Assembly (NCBI GenBank): GCA_965235115.1
Contig: OZ249448.1
Coordinates: 14,880,001 to 14,944,000 of the forward strand
DNA from: Laetmonice hystrix
Taxonomy: Eukaryota
Direction of reading: 5' to 3'
DNA length: 64,000 nucleotides
Made by a program: the position numbers and the translations under genes. This document shows, piece by piece, positions 48,859 to 61,318 of this stretch (positions are counted from its first letter, which is position 1; every line of letters starts with the position of its first letter). The notes beneath the pieces are model-generated. The model saw only the letters and a list, made by a program, of their open reading frames with translations. It searched no databases and was not told the origin of the DNA.

Positions 48859-51700
48859 ATCACAGCTTGTGTATCACTTCATTTTCCTTAAAGTCCTTCA
48901 CTGCATTTCTATCTGTTCACCAAGGCGTATGTAGACATGACTGCACCATTGCATTATGGGGAAACGACTTGTTTCCCCACAAATCCCAATCCCAAACCAG
49001 CACGCTCGTATCTTTTCACAAGTCAACTTGTGGCCGAATAGTCCGGGCGTAGGTAGGCCTACTTCCCTTCCAAAACGCTATGGAGTGAACCTGATCACAC
49101 CCGAGCGATATTTTTTCAGAGTACGAGTCTGCGTAGTGTGTCACTATAGCGGAAGGATTTGATAGGCCTATAATACAAATGGAGGCGTGGAATGTCGACA
49201 TTCGCCAATTAGGGTCGACTGACTGTCAGGGGACACGACCATCTCATCCGAAGAATTGCACAGAGTTGGCATGGGTTGTCCGATAGAGCGCACGGTGATG
49301 ATTGGTCAGTCAATTGGAAGATAGACCAATGGCGACTTTTTAAAATGGAAACTGATGGCGTTGATTGGTCACTGGACCGTTGGGAAGTGGGGAGATGTCT
49401 GCAAGTATAAATGATTTGATACTTGTCGTCTTATACGACGACCATCGTCTTACGACGACCATCTTCTATACGACGACCATGTCTACAGCCATGAGTTCGG
49501 GGGTCACCCCCCCTCCCCCGCTCAGAGACCCTGATTTTTTTATAGGCTGATATTGATGCACTTCTGATGCGGAGCTTTGGCCGCCACATCGTCGACCCCC
49601 CCCCCCCCTGCGAAAAATCATGCACACGCGCCCACTAACCTGTTTGGAATACAGATTCCCGATCATACAAGCTACATGAAGAACAGCATAGTAGGCCTAG
49701 TCAGTCCACCTTCAACACCTACACCTATCTTAATTCGTCCTCTTGAGCTGTGAAAGATTTTTCGTCTCGGTGATAGAGTCTCTTTACATTGTCTGGTGCA
49801 AAGTTTTCATCGACGTCATGTAGGGAGAGAATTTTCACTGTAGAGTCGCTCGCGTGCACCCAAGACCATCACCATGCAGCTGTTGGACATTGCGTGATTT
49901 GTTTACGATGGACATAATTAATCCATCTCAAATGCACTGACATCAAGGTTTTGAGAATGTTCCAATGAACGAAATTTACTTCAGTGTAATTGCCGGACAC
50001 TTATATGTCAGCAATATTTCTATTTCTTTTGTAGCCAACGAGTAGCTCATCCCTGAATTGGCGGGAACCTGTTGGACTGTGCGAGTGGAGGGGGGGGGGG
50101 GGCTGCTAAATTGATGGGGTAATTAATGGGGTCATAATACGAACGTTAAGTAGATGGGCATGAATACCACACTCAAGCACCAAATGAAATCCTCCATGGA
50201 GACGCCCTTCCCAACTGTCGCCCATGGCAACACGCCTTCTCAAATACCAATAGGAACGTCCGATTTCATTTCCGGTTGCGAAAGCTACAAGCTCTAAACG
50301 CCTGTGAGGTCACATCACCACTCATATTCTACCGCCCTACTAAGTAGTTCCAACAGATCGCGGAAACTTATGAATCTGATGAATCTGACACCAATTTAGT
50401 GCATTTTGGTTTATCCGGTAGTATTGAAGTGGGATTTTATTAACACAAATTTCAGTCTCAAAAAAGTTCAAATCCGCGAATCTGGAAGATGTTTATCGTT
50501 GCCCTCAGCATCGATACCAATCGGGAATCCCGCGGTCATGACGTCATATGCCCGAGGGAATCCCAAATGCGTCTTGCAGCATGTCTGGCCTGCCTGAGCT
50601 CCAGGCTTGGGCTAAGCATAGGGGGGGGGGCTACATGTTTCGAAGTTTACAGACTATTTCAGTTCAAGCGTAACATATTTGTCATTAGCCTACCAAATTC
50701 CAGCAATTTCAAGCAACAAAAATACAGTAACGGAGTTGGCGTTGTCTAGAAACAAAACAGTGCTGGTGTTCTGCGTCTGCCATCGCCGGTCACATGACCC
50801 CATCGAATCATGTGACTGGAAGTAGTTTCAACATGGCAGCGCCCGAAATACATTCGAGGTGTTTTGCGTATACGGAAAGCCCGAGATGTTGCGATTGCTC
50901 AAATACGCGTGCAGCCGCCTTTTCATTCAGGCTTTTTTCAGCGTGGGACCAGAGAGTGCAGTTAGGCCTATATTCTCTTGTGGGACTTGAAACAAGATTT
51001 CTTAGAAGCTATTCTGAAGTTGAAGAACAATGACGCACACCAATAGATTTCCCTTTTTAATTTTTTTTTGGATGAAGATATTGTTATCACTATTTGAATA
51101 ATATATAGTATTTGAATAAAATAAACATTGAATAAAATAACATTTAGAAGTGTGTTAATAGCAGTTATTTTGTGTGTGGACCGACAGGACCGACGGAGAT
51201 CTGAGTGCGCGACACCATGACTATGGCCATCATGGCAGTGCTTGCAGTAGGGCAGTAGGCCTATTTGCTCTGTACCAAGCACCAGTGGCGGCAACTGAAA
51301 TTATAGTGCTCTTCCCAAAGCCAGTGGGCAATAAATACTGCGATAGTATGATCATGTTCCATGCTGCGGGCAGCGTCAACTTTTAAAACGTGCTGTGTTG
51401 ACGCTGATCCAACGAGCAGGTAAAGCTATATTTAATTGTAATCAGTGACATCATTTTGAACCAATCATAGACGGGCACTGGAACCAATCAGGAAGCTTCT
51501 TAGCCGTATGTTTACCGGGAACAGCATCGTGGTTGCGGTCGGCCTAACTGTGCACTGCACTTAGGATCATGTTGCTCGAAAACTAATTAAGCTATTTAAA
51601 TAAAGCTTTCTGTACAGGAACCTTAACTTGTTGTTTTTCATACAACGCAGTTCAGCCGATCGGGTTGACCGCGGTGCGTCTATATATCTTGCTATATATA

Positions 51701-52120
51701 ATCTTGCTCTATGCAGATGACACAATTATCCTGGCGGAATCACCAGAGAAACTGCAACTGGGCCCGGTTTCAGAAAGGTTAGCATGCATGATCTTAACTT
51801 AAGCTCTGCTTAGCCTTTTAGGACCCCTGATTGGCTGGTCCTCTGCTGCTCAGCTTCAACCGGCCAATCAGGGGTCCTAAAAGGCTAAGCAGAGCTTAAC
51901 TTAAGATCATGCTAACCTTTCTGAAACCGGGCCCTGTAGCCTACTGCCTTGAATGCTGTAGGCCTACTTCGCTCCTGTGAAACATGGCGTCTTGAAATGA
52001 CCTACAGAAAAAACTAAAGTCATTATTTTTTTCCGATTATAGAGTTAAGAATTTAACGTCCCTGTTTTTAAATTTGGCAGGCCGGTCCATGTCATTGATG
52101 ACTATGTCTACTTAGGTCAC
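51701..52120 (+). mobile_element. Fossil non-LTR retrotransposon (CR1/L2-like) reverse-transcriptase fragment, interrupted by a MITE
   Basis: It reads ILLYADDTIILAESPEKLQ, then the MITE, then TALNA..CETWRLEM, a frameshift, TEKTKVIIFS ... VIDDYVYLG. This is the YADD motif with typical downstream RT motifs. Confidence 0.8.
51761..51933. mobile_element. Second copy of the palindromic MITE, with ctg target-site duplication
   Basis: ctg|ggcccggtttcagaaagg ... cctttctgaaaccgggcc|ctg, near-identical to 41704-41872. Confidence 0.92.
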
Positions 52121-52669
52121 CAAGGTGTGAGGTTTAATTAGGCCTTCCCGCGCCTCGATCAGGCGATCAGCCAGCGAGACATGTAGGGCCTACGGCCTGG
52201 GCTCTGGCGCTTTCACATTCAATTGATCTTTATAGGCTAATTTATCAATTTGATCGCAATGGCATCGCTTAGTGTAGCGCCAGCGTAATGCTGGTCATGC
52301 GAGCGCCGAAGGCGCGAAGTCTCGAGCGGGGGTCTGCCCCCCCCCCCAAACATTTGAAGATTAAAGTGCCAAATAGGCCTACGCGTTTCCCTGGCATCTG
52401 GGAACAAAATCCAAGGTCTTAGAGTTAGCAGAAAATAACGTTTTTTTCATTAACAATTCGTTAAAAAAAGGTCTGCAAAAATAAGGGGGGGGGGGGGGCA
52501 ACAATCGCCATCTATCGGATATGGCTAGATCTAGGCCACTTGGTGTGGTTAAGAAAAAAAACTTGTGTCTGACGCAGGTATTTTGAGCTAATTTTACTAA
52601 TTTACGTGTGATCAAGCCGCAGATTATCCTCAACCAACGACACAAAGTAGGAGGATGGGCCTAGCAGTA

Positions 52670-53895
52670 GGGGGCTGTCCATAAATGACGTCATGCTTTT
52701 TTGGGCCATTTTTGACCTCCCCCTCCCCCCCCCATGTCATGCTTCGTCATGCTGTGCCAGACCCCCTCTAAAAATGATGTCATGTGTCCAGTAACCCCCC
52801 CCCCCTTAAAGGTTATTGCATGCATAAGTAGGCCTATACACTCTAAAAACAGATTGGTTGAAATGACCAAGATATTGGTTAAATTCAACCAATCTAGCTG
52901 GTAGATATGTGTCCAACCAATATATTGGTTAAAAGAACCAAAATTGTTTGGTAAGTCTTTTAACCAATGCATATTGGTTGAAATATTAACCAACCTCATA
53001 CCAACACTTATGAAATTATGATAAGCAAGAATCAAACATCAGCTTTTTTAATTTAAATGGATAGGCCTATGGCCTGATGATTTCAGGCAGTTCCATTAGA
53101 GTAAAATTCAAACGTCTGCAACCTAAGAGGCTACTCCGCATGATAATATCTACTGCTTTTACAGAGGAGTTAATAATGATGTTCTCTAGTGTCCATAATT
53201 GGTGTTTTCATGAGCAATGTCAACAACTCCCACTTAATTAGGCCCCTGTTTGACATAAAACTCTACTCACCATCACAAAGACTGTATTCACATTATTGTT
53301 AACTTATGCCCACGGTTTCATTAGCCGACTATCACAGGTATACATTTCGGGGGTGTAGACAAAGAAAGGGGCTGGTAAGCGTCATCACGTGACCACATTG
53401 CTGGTTATCCAGTAACCAATCACATTGGTTGTTCATCGCAACAAAAACGCAACCAATGTGAATGGTTACCCAATAGCCAACATATTGGTTATGACTTAAC
53501 CAAACTGTTGGTTAAAACAATCAATATAGGCTCAACCAATAAGATTGGTAGTTTTTTCAACCAATCTGTTTTTAGAGTGTAGGCCTACAGTCTACAGATA
53601 CTGATACATACAATAGTTATTCAGAATGCCACCTGTAGATTGCTTTATTTTTAATATCTATTTTAATACAAGAGATTTCCAAGACAGGAGATTATTTTAG
53701 TTATTTTTACTTTTAAAGTAGGCCTAGAGACTTTAATAGGCTACCACTAACCTGGAGTGGCTAAACTAAAAAATTAAGACATGACGTCATAGCTACATGA
53801 GCTGACCCCCCCCTCCCGCCCTTGTCATACTTTGTCATAAAATCCCAACCCCCCCCTCCCCCCTAGGCCATGACGTCATTTAAGGACGGCCCCCC
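52670..53895. mobile_element. MITE with GGGGGCTGTCCATAAATGACGTCATG TIRs that hosts a nested CACTA-like element
   Basis: Left gggggctgtccataaatgacgtcatg; right catgacgtcatttaaggacggccccc. Confidence 0.75.
52839..53579. mobile_element. CACTA/EnSpm-like non-autonomous element with TA flanks
   Basis: ta|cactctaaaaacagattggttgaaa ... tttcaaccaatctgtttttagagtg|ta, with many subterminal ttggtt/aaccaa repeats. Confidence 0.85.
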
Positions 53896-55709
53896 GGCTA
53901 GGCCTGGGCGTTTTCGGCCTGGATTTATCATTCTGGCGGGTCCTATAGGCTTTGGCTGTCCTCGCGGGTCAGCGGGTTTTGGTGCCGGTTTGCGGGTCTG
54001 CTGACCCGCCAGATGCGGGTCACAAGTTGGGGGGTCTGCTACAGGGGTGGATGTAGGGGGGGGGGCGAGCCGCTCCCCCCCTTTCGTCAGGGTACCAATC
54101 AGAAAAAAGGCAAAATTTTGTTGTTTGCAACTGTAATAAGCAAACATTTTGCTTTCTCAGAATGCATGCAGGAAATGTATGGAATACCGGCGACGACATG
54201 CGAGATGCGAGACAGTGTGTTTGGGTTAGGGTAAAGGTTAGGCCTAGGGTTAGTGTTAGTTTTCACTTTAGGAAAAGTATATCGGTGTCAATAAGAAACA
54301 TTCTATGTGCTAAATTGACACTGTTCGGTCCCATGTCGCTTCTCGCATCTCGCATGTCGTCGCCGGTAGAGGAAATGCCATTTCAGAGACTCTAGCCTAG
54401 TCTGTTCAAAATTGTCCGGGGGCATCCCCCAGGACCCCCTAGCAGGGCTCGGCCCCCTTTAATTCCAACCGCCCCCCCCCCCTTTTCCAAAATCCTGGTT
54501 CCGCCCCTGTGCTATAGCTCCTGTGCTCCTGCATAGGCCCTATTACTCCGGAATAACACCACCAGGTGCCAAGTAGCTTACCACGTGGCGTCAGATTTAC
54601 CGCATTGAGACCTGCATCTCTGCGTTTGCTGAATACGTCATGGTTTTGTGTGTACACACACAGATGTTTCTAACACGGGGTCAAGCACTCGCTTCCGCAT
54701 CCCAACTATCATCCGTTTACCTAGGTTACGACAGCAGTGCGGCTGAATGACGTGACATGCATACGAAAAATAAAAAGCGAGACAGCATGAGCACCGATTT
54801 GAGGTGAGTGGACCTCAGTCAACTTGGTACGGAGGTGGCGGGCGGGGTACCTCGCTGAGCCTGAGTGTGTCGCTGTCAGTCAGTGAGCGCAGGCGATGCA
54901 GGCTCAGCCGCGGCAGTGCTGCGACGTCACACAGTACCCAGCAATGTCTAAACGGTATAATACACGCTCGGATAGGCACACACACATCCAACGAGATGTG
55001 TGAGGTACAACCAAGGAACGTACACGTTCTTTGGTACAACACTGGCCCAGCCCAAGTCAGTTCTGTCGTCCAAGTCCTTGGCCACAACCCAAACTGAGCG
55101 GAACTTGGAGTTGAAGTGCCAACTAGATATGTTTATGCAGTCTGCCAGTCCCTAATTATTAGTAATAATACTACCTTTACCCAGGGTGGCGATAGTTGAG
55201 CGATGAAGAAATGGCCAGGGGCCCGTCTTACTAACGTAGGTCGCCGCAATATCACCGTCAAAGTCGCCAAATTGGCGATATCGGCAGCTCTAGTCTAGGT
55301 GTCTTACTAAAAAATCCCTCCCTGGCGATGTCGCCAATTTGGCGACTTTGGCGGGGAGTGCTACTGAGCAGTTGCCGCAAAATCGCCAATACAAAACTGT
55401 TAATTAGAGGTTCATCTTTACGTAAATTAAAGCTAAAATGTGTCAAGCCGTGAACTAGAGGTCTTGCTTTCTCTCCCCAGTGCCAAAAATACAAAGTTTG
55501 TGTTTGCAGAGAGCGCTACGTGACGTCCAAACAAACCATTGTCTGACGTCAAAATAGACAGTGATTCTAGCTGACACAGTGAACAGGCATGGCAGACGTC
55601 TAAAATAGCGTGTTTTGGAATGTTACTTTATCATAATCAAACAGCATAAGTTGAGCTCATGATTTTAGTTATATATTTTGTAAAAGGTAAGAATGTAAAT
55701 ATTCTTAGT

Positions 55710-56532
55710 AAGACGGGCCCCAGATCTCTCAACGATCTTTCAATGAACGCTCAGCAATCGCCAAGTTCTCTCAATGATCTTCCAGTGATCTCCACGACCA
55801 CGGTCACCATGGTCTCCTCAAAGTTTTGACTCAGTCTAAACAGTTTCTCAATGATCGCCAAGGGAAGCGATCTCTCAACGAACACTCAAGGGGTGCTCAA
55901 CGATCTCATTGATCTTCCAATGATCTCTCAGCGATCTTTCAATGAGCGCCAAATTTTTTCAACCCGAAGGTAGAGATGGCTGAGAGGGATCGCTGAACGT
56001 TCGATGAAAGACCAATAGAGTTCTGTGAACGACTGCGGCGGAGATCATTGGGCAATCAATTTCCGCTTGAGAGATTGTTGAGTGTTCATTGGGAGATTGG
56101 GGAGTGATTGCCGCTGCGATGGGAAGCGCGGGATTGGGGGCTATAAATACGGGTGCGAACCCCCTATTTTCCCTGTCGCCCAAGAAATGCTCAGCAACCT
56201 CTTTGGTCACCCAAGGAACTCACAATGATCCCTCAGCAATCTCTCCTGGTCTCTCATCACTCCTTGTCTCTCAGTGATCTCTGTAGATCTGTCGCACAAC
56301 GAGCACAGCAAACTCTCAATGATCGCTGCAGGAGGCTTAGTCTCCATTGATCTCTCAAGGATCTTTCAAATTGCATTTTTGATCGCACAAAGAGTGCACA
56401 AGGATCTCCCAAACATTTACACAGAAACGGCTTTTTCTTTTTTGAGGCTTTCGGAAATTGTTGAGAGATCGGGCCAATTTTTGATGGCTCAATGGTCACC
56501 CAACGATCACCATGTGTGTAAAGGGGCCCTAA
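55710..56532. mobile_element. GATC-rich non-autonomous element, probably a Harbinger/ISL2EU relative with a degraded left end
   Basis: Dense cgatctc/gatcgc motifs. The right end is gatcaccatgtgtgtaaaggggccct|aa, and the left end has a partial gggcccc. Confidence 0.45.
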
Positions 56533-57589
56533 CTAACTCCTAGCTAGGTATTATTATGCAATGTCGAGGTATAAGGACCAGAACTAGGTTGAAAGGGGGT
56601 CGGACCCAGCCCCCCTCCCCTCAAACCCTCAGCCTGGACATCCAATTTGGTCTAGGTTGTGAATGTCTTTTGGCCTGCCTGGGCTCCCCATCCCCTCATC
56701 TGAATATCTTCTGGTGCCTTCTGGTGCAGACTAAAAATAATCATTTATAGAGGAATGGCTTCCCCCTATTTCCTAGATTTGGTATACTTTTATAATCTCA
56801 GAATGTTTTTGTTGCTGTCTTGCAGTCTGTACCTCTGCACGTGGAATGTCGGTGAAGTGTTCCCACCAGAAAACGTGCACAGTCTGCTGAAATTGGACAA
56901 TTCAGATTTACCTCACTTGTATGCAATAGGGTGAGTTTGATTTATGAAATCTTACCAAGGAATAAACCTGTACTTAAAAAAGATTGATCACTAACAATTA
57001 ATAATCGAAATTGACTTTGATTTGAAGGTTAAAGACTTAGACGGTCACTGTGAAGTTCTATCTTAATAATAATACAGAATCATTTTGATTGACTATCGGT
57101 ACTCTCACTGTTCAAAGGAATGATTATGGTGGAGCATGTTCCCGGTATATTGATGGGGTACCCGGGGTAGTACATCAGTAACCCACTTAGCTGTAAAAGA
57201 TATTAAGCCATATATCACTGGGTTGGTTTGTTGAAGCAGATGTGCACGCATAAATTGCTCTAATAAATATTGAGAGGATATACCAAATATACTGTATGTT
57301 TTTCATGAAATAAATCAGAGTTCATGAAAATGTGTCATTACTTTTATTTGATTAAGTTTAAAAAATTGTCCATCTGTTTGGCCTTAAACCAATATAATGA
57401 CATCCAATGTTGACAGTTTTCCTATATTTCCCCCAAATGCTTTCAGCATCAAGCAGAAACCCCTGCCCTGGCCCCTGTCAATGTGGCATGACACTGTGAG
57501 GTTTTGACGATGCCATGACGTGATAATATCATTACAATGTACCTCATGCTGTCATGCTACCTGGTTCTCAATCAATTATGTGAGAGGAG

Positions 57590-57810
57590 CGGGCAGGGGA
57601 GGCCAGGGAAAGCGAACGAAAGAATGGTAGAGGCAATGAGGAAGAAAGGAAAGAAGGTCGGAAGGAAGAGAGGGACCAATGTCGTATGTCATGGGCTTGA
57701 CTTTCCAGGATATTGGTTCAAGGAGGAGAGGGAAGGGCAGGGAAGGAGAAGGAAAGAACGGTAGAGCAAAGGAGGGAGAAAGGAAAGAAGGTCGGAAGGA
57801 AGAGAAGATA
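57590..57810. repeat. Purine-rich degenerate duplication
   Basis: agaa(t/c)ggtagag...aaaggaaagaaggtcggaaggaagaga occurs twice, about 130 bp apart. Confidence 0.7.
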
Positions 57811-59479
57811 CGCCATAGGCTGTGCCTTCCCAGGATGTTGTGGTCAGGAAGGAGAGGGCAGGGTAGGGAAGCAGGCATGTCGCCAGCCGCGTTGACCAAG
57901 CTGGGTAGGAGGTCAGTCAGAGGGCATACGTTGGCCGATTTCACAACATTGTGCATAATGCATACGAGCAGATGCCAGAGGGGAATAACACGTCGGTTGA
58001 CCGCCATAAGGTCCCAAGCGCACTTGTGCCCATATTGAGATTTTAACACTTATGAGCAGCACTGCAGCTGGGCTATCATTTCTCAAAATATGGTTTGGAT
58101 ACGTTGAATAATCATGGAGTTATGACCCAGATACCAAAGGGCATAAGTGCTCATGAGCCCTTCTGGAGTGTACCATGAACACGCTGAGGCTGTCTATAAC
58201 GGAACAAATGCTTATATGTCCTTCTGGTTGGTAAATATTGCCATGCTTCAGCATGTTTCTGTATTCTACAAGGTAGCTGGTGCGTTTGTATTTTTATGGC
58301 ACAATAAGAACCAATATCTACAGAACTTATTGCCTGTGCCACAAGGGGGCTTGTGCAATTGATACCTTCTGGCACGTTTCTATCCACTGGCATATTCACT
58401 GATGGGGTAAGCCAAAAGGACACACTGGTATATGTACCTTTCTGGCACCTCAGATCTCTGCTCATATGCATCTCTAACGTGCCCATAAGGGGACAAGTGT
58501 TATAATTATATACTACGTCTAGGCTGCTAAAAGACCTTCAGTTCGTCTATTCAGACTTAGGACAATCTTCTATGTCTCGATGTCGTGATGCTTCTTCTGT
58601 TAATGGTTGCTACTATGCTCACAATCTGTGATAAGCTAACGTGTGGTTCAGCAGAGCTTCCAGCCAGGCTGAGCCAAGCCTAGCCTGGCCTACTGCATGG
58701 CGTAGTTGCTGACAGCGCCACCTGTCGGATTAGTTCTGAGAGTACCCCATTATCGAAAGGTTTATAACTTTGCAAACAACAGGTAATAAGGTAGTGATTT
58801 GGTGAAGATATACAGTTTTTCCCATTTTTCTCAAAACAGCAAAAATCACTTATGACCTTATGGCGGTCAACCGTCGAACAATTTCTAGGGTGGGAGAAGG
58901 AGAAAACAGCGGCGAGATGAAGTTTTTGAAAAAATAATATACAGATGATCCGTCTAAATTAATTTCACTGGCAGAGTTTACATTGATGTCATTATGCTGC
59001 CATAACCCGCATTCTGTCAACGTTCATCTATTTCGAATAATGAACGTACACTCAAATCGGTAGGCTATTGTCCCCCTACCCTCAGAACGGCTGATTTGCA
59101 GATTTCACATTCAGCCAGTTGAGGCACTCCAGCTTGATGACATTAAACAGAATGGGATGTGAGCCTTTTCAGAGGGGTTTGGTCTTTTATTATAAGCTAC
59201 TCCCAGAGACGTCTTCTTTTGTTTAGGTTGAGAAGGGTTGTGTTGTACGGTACTGCAGGAAAACCGCAGGCACATTGTCTTCAATCAAAATTATTATCTG
59301 GGAAAATGGAAACAATCCCAGTACGTTGGATTTAAATTATCTCATAGAAAGGATGACATATGGAAAAGAAAGGGCAACGGGAAGACAAGAGAATTTGCAA
59401 ACTCCAGTGGTGACGTTAAGCTAGATTAATAAGGAACATTGCACAAAGTATAAGATCCTACTATGATTACTAAATCTAG

Positions 59480-60120
59480 CCATATCTCCGATCATTACGC
59501 CTTTCAGAGAGCAACGTCTTGGCTCACTGCCTGCAGAGGGTGGATAGGATACAGTTCCTTCCAGATCCTAAACAAATAGGTTTGATAGATTCCTGATGTA
59601 AGATAAATGGATGACGACACTCGCTTAATGGAGAGTGCCAAATCTTTTGTAGGAGATATTCTTTTCACGGCATGAGACTTTCGTGAAAACCTGAAATAAA
59701 AAGCCAATAATGGATCGATGTTTTGTCCTCCATGGTTGGAGGTGAACTGGACAATTGAATTCTCCCTCCTTGACCTTATACTGGGGAACGTCTGTCTCGG
59801 TACCAAGGGTATAATAGTGTTATTTGCGTCATTGACCCGAAGGACGGTAAGCTCTTTCTGAAGGAGGACGTTAGATGAGATTTAGAGGGGCACCCACTAG
59901 ATCCCGGGTGGGTGTGGATTAACGATGCCGGTTAGGACAGCCATGGATATAGAGGGGGACGTGTGATTGATGGGGGTGATGAGGACGGTAGCAGTTGAGG
60001 CGGACTGATCGCATTGTCAGTTTGAGATGGGGATAAAGAAGGAGGCTAATGGGCAGTGGGGAGTACATGTACGCCGACATCCGTCAGCACTTACAGCCAA
60101 GGCCTGAGGGAGAGATACGC
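59480..60120 (-). mobile_element. Possible degenerate DIRS/Ngaro-type tyrosine recombinase fragment
   Basis: The minus strand reads ...MAVLTGI... RQTFPSIRSRRENSIV...IDPLLAFY...SGIYQTYLFRI...QAVSQDVAL*KA**SEIWL. This is collinear with the YR pattern (VL.GI; KTD.FRRG..IV; PV.A..Y; HSFRIG; GRW.SDA), with stops. I judged it by eye only. Confidence 0.35.
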
Positions 60121-60644
60121 TTGCCACATCAATGAGTCGAATTACAGAGTGAATCATAAAAGAAAGTTCTAATAGATAATTGCTTGTTCAAAAATCTCGG
60201 CACTGAGGGTAGCAAACACCAGAAATATCTCAAAAACGAAATGTACAATGCCGGCCTGAAACATAATATCGTCACACCTCGAGTATCTTAGAGAAGGTGG
60301 TCAGTCGCATCCCCCCCCCGTTTTCGCTGCAAACCAACTGTTGATGTTTTGTATGGTTTGAGGAAAACGCACATTCCAGTTTCCGACTTTATCAGGAGAC
60401 TTCAAAATTTTCCTCAAAGGTCACGGTTTCAGCAGGTGTATCTTGGAAAGAAAACCAAGATAAACTCTGCCAGTTCCATGAAACTTTTAGATGATGGCCT
60501 TCCTCCTGACTGTCGTCGTCTGTACTACCCAGATGACAGTAGAATGGAGCCACATCCCAAATCACACACAATCATCTCGCAGAAGTTGGCCCAGAGTTCA
60601 GCATAGAGGAGTGGCCCCCACAGTCACCCGACTGTTATCGTTTA

Positions 60645-61318
60645 GACCCCCATCACACTGGATAAAGACCTTACGGCGACCACGGCGACCTCGCAGATCG
60701 CCGTTGGTCGCCGTCAACATCAGAAAACCCCTCCAAGTGTGACTGCAATGCCGCTCCCACCCTGCTGCCACAACGTGGAAAAATGCAATTCTCGGACAAT
60801 TTAGGCCGTCCCTACCACGTCGTATGGCGTTGCTTCCACGTCCTATACGATCACACTGCGCTCACTGCGCAGCAAGAACGCAGCTCTGACGTCATGAGCG
60901 CAGCGGCAGCACCGTACGGAGCGTGTAAAGGGCTCATTAGGGTCACCGAGGTCTCGGTGGCATCGTGGTAAGAGCGCCGGGCCAGCGCCATGGGACGGGA
61001 AGGCCGATGCTACACCGTTCACTGGCGCTCGACCTGCGCTCTCAGGAATCTGGTACTGCGCTCCTAGGACGCTGATGGTGATCGCATTTCGATCTAACTG
61101 CGCTTTTAGATCCACGGCGACCCTGCGGCGTAAATTTTGTGCATGTTCAAAATTGGTCGCCGCTAATGGCGCTCATGGTGACCATATGACGACCCAGGGA
61201 GACACTATCTCGCTCCTATGACGCTCAGAAGGACCTCAAGGCACTCTATCCACGCTCTACGGCGATCTGGCCCATTTTCTAGAGCGCAGCTAGATCGCCT
61301 TCTAGTGTGATGGGGGTA
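60645..61318. mobile_element. PIF/Harbinger-type non-autonomous element with TTA target-site duplication
   Basis: tta|gaccccatcacactgga ... tctagtgtgatgggggta|tta, with internal cggcgacc/gatcgcc repeats. Confidence 0.75.

Noticed and set aside
48295-49052. F/V/L/R-rich and K/T/N-rich ORFs
   Set aside because: They are by-products of a low-complexity repeat that lacks stop codons.
50794-51033. ORF starting in a YY1-like aacATGGCAGCG context
   Set aside because: There are no downstream exons or homology, and the motif is common in TE ends.
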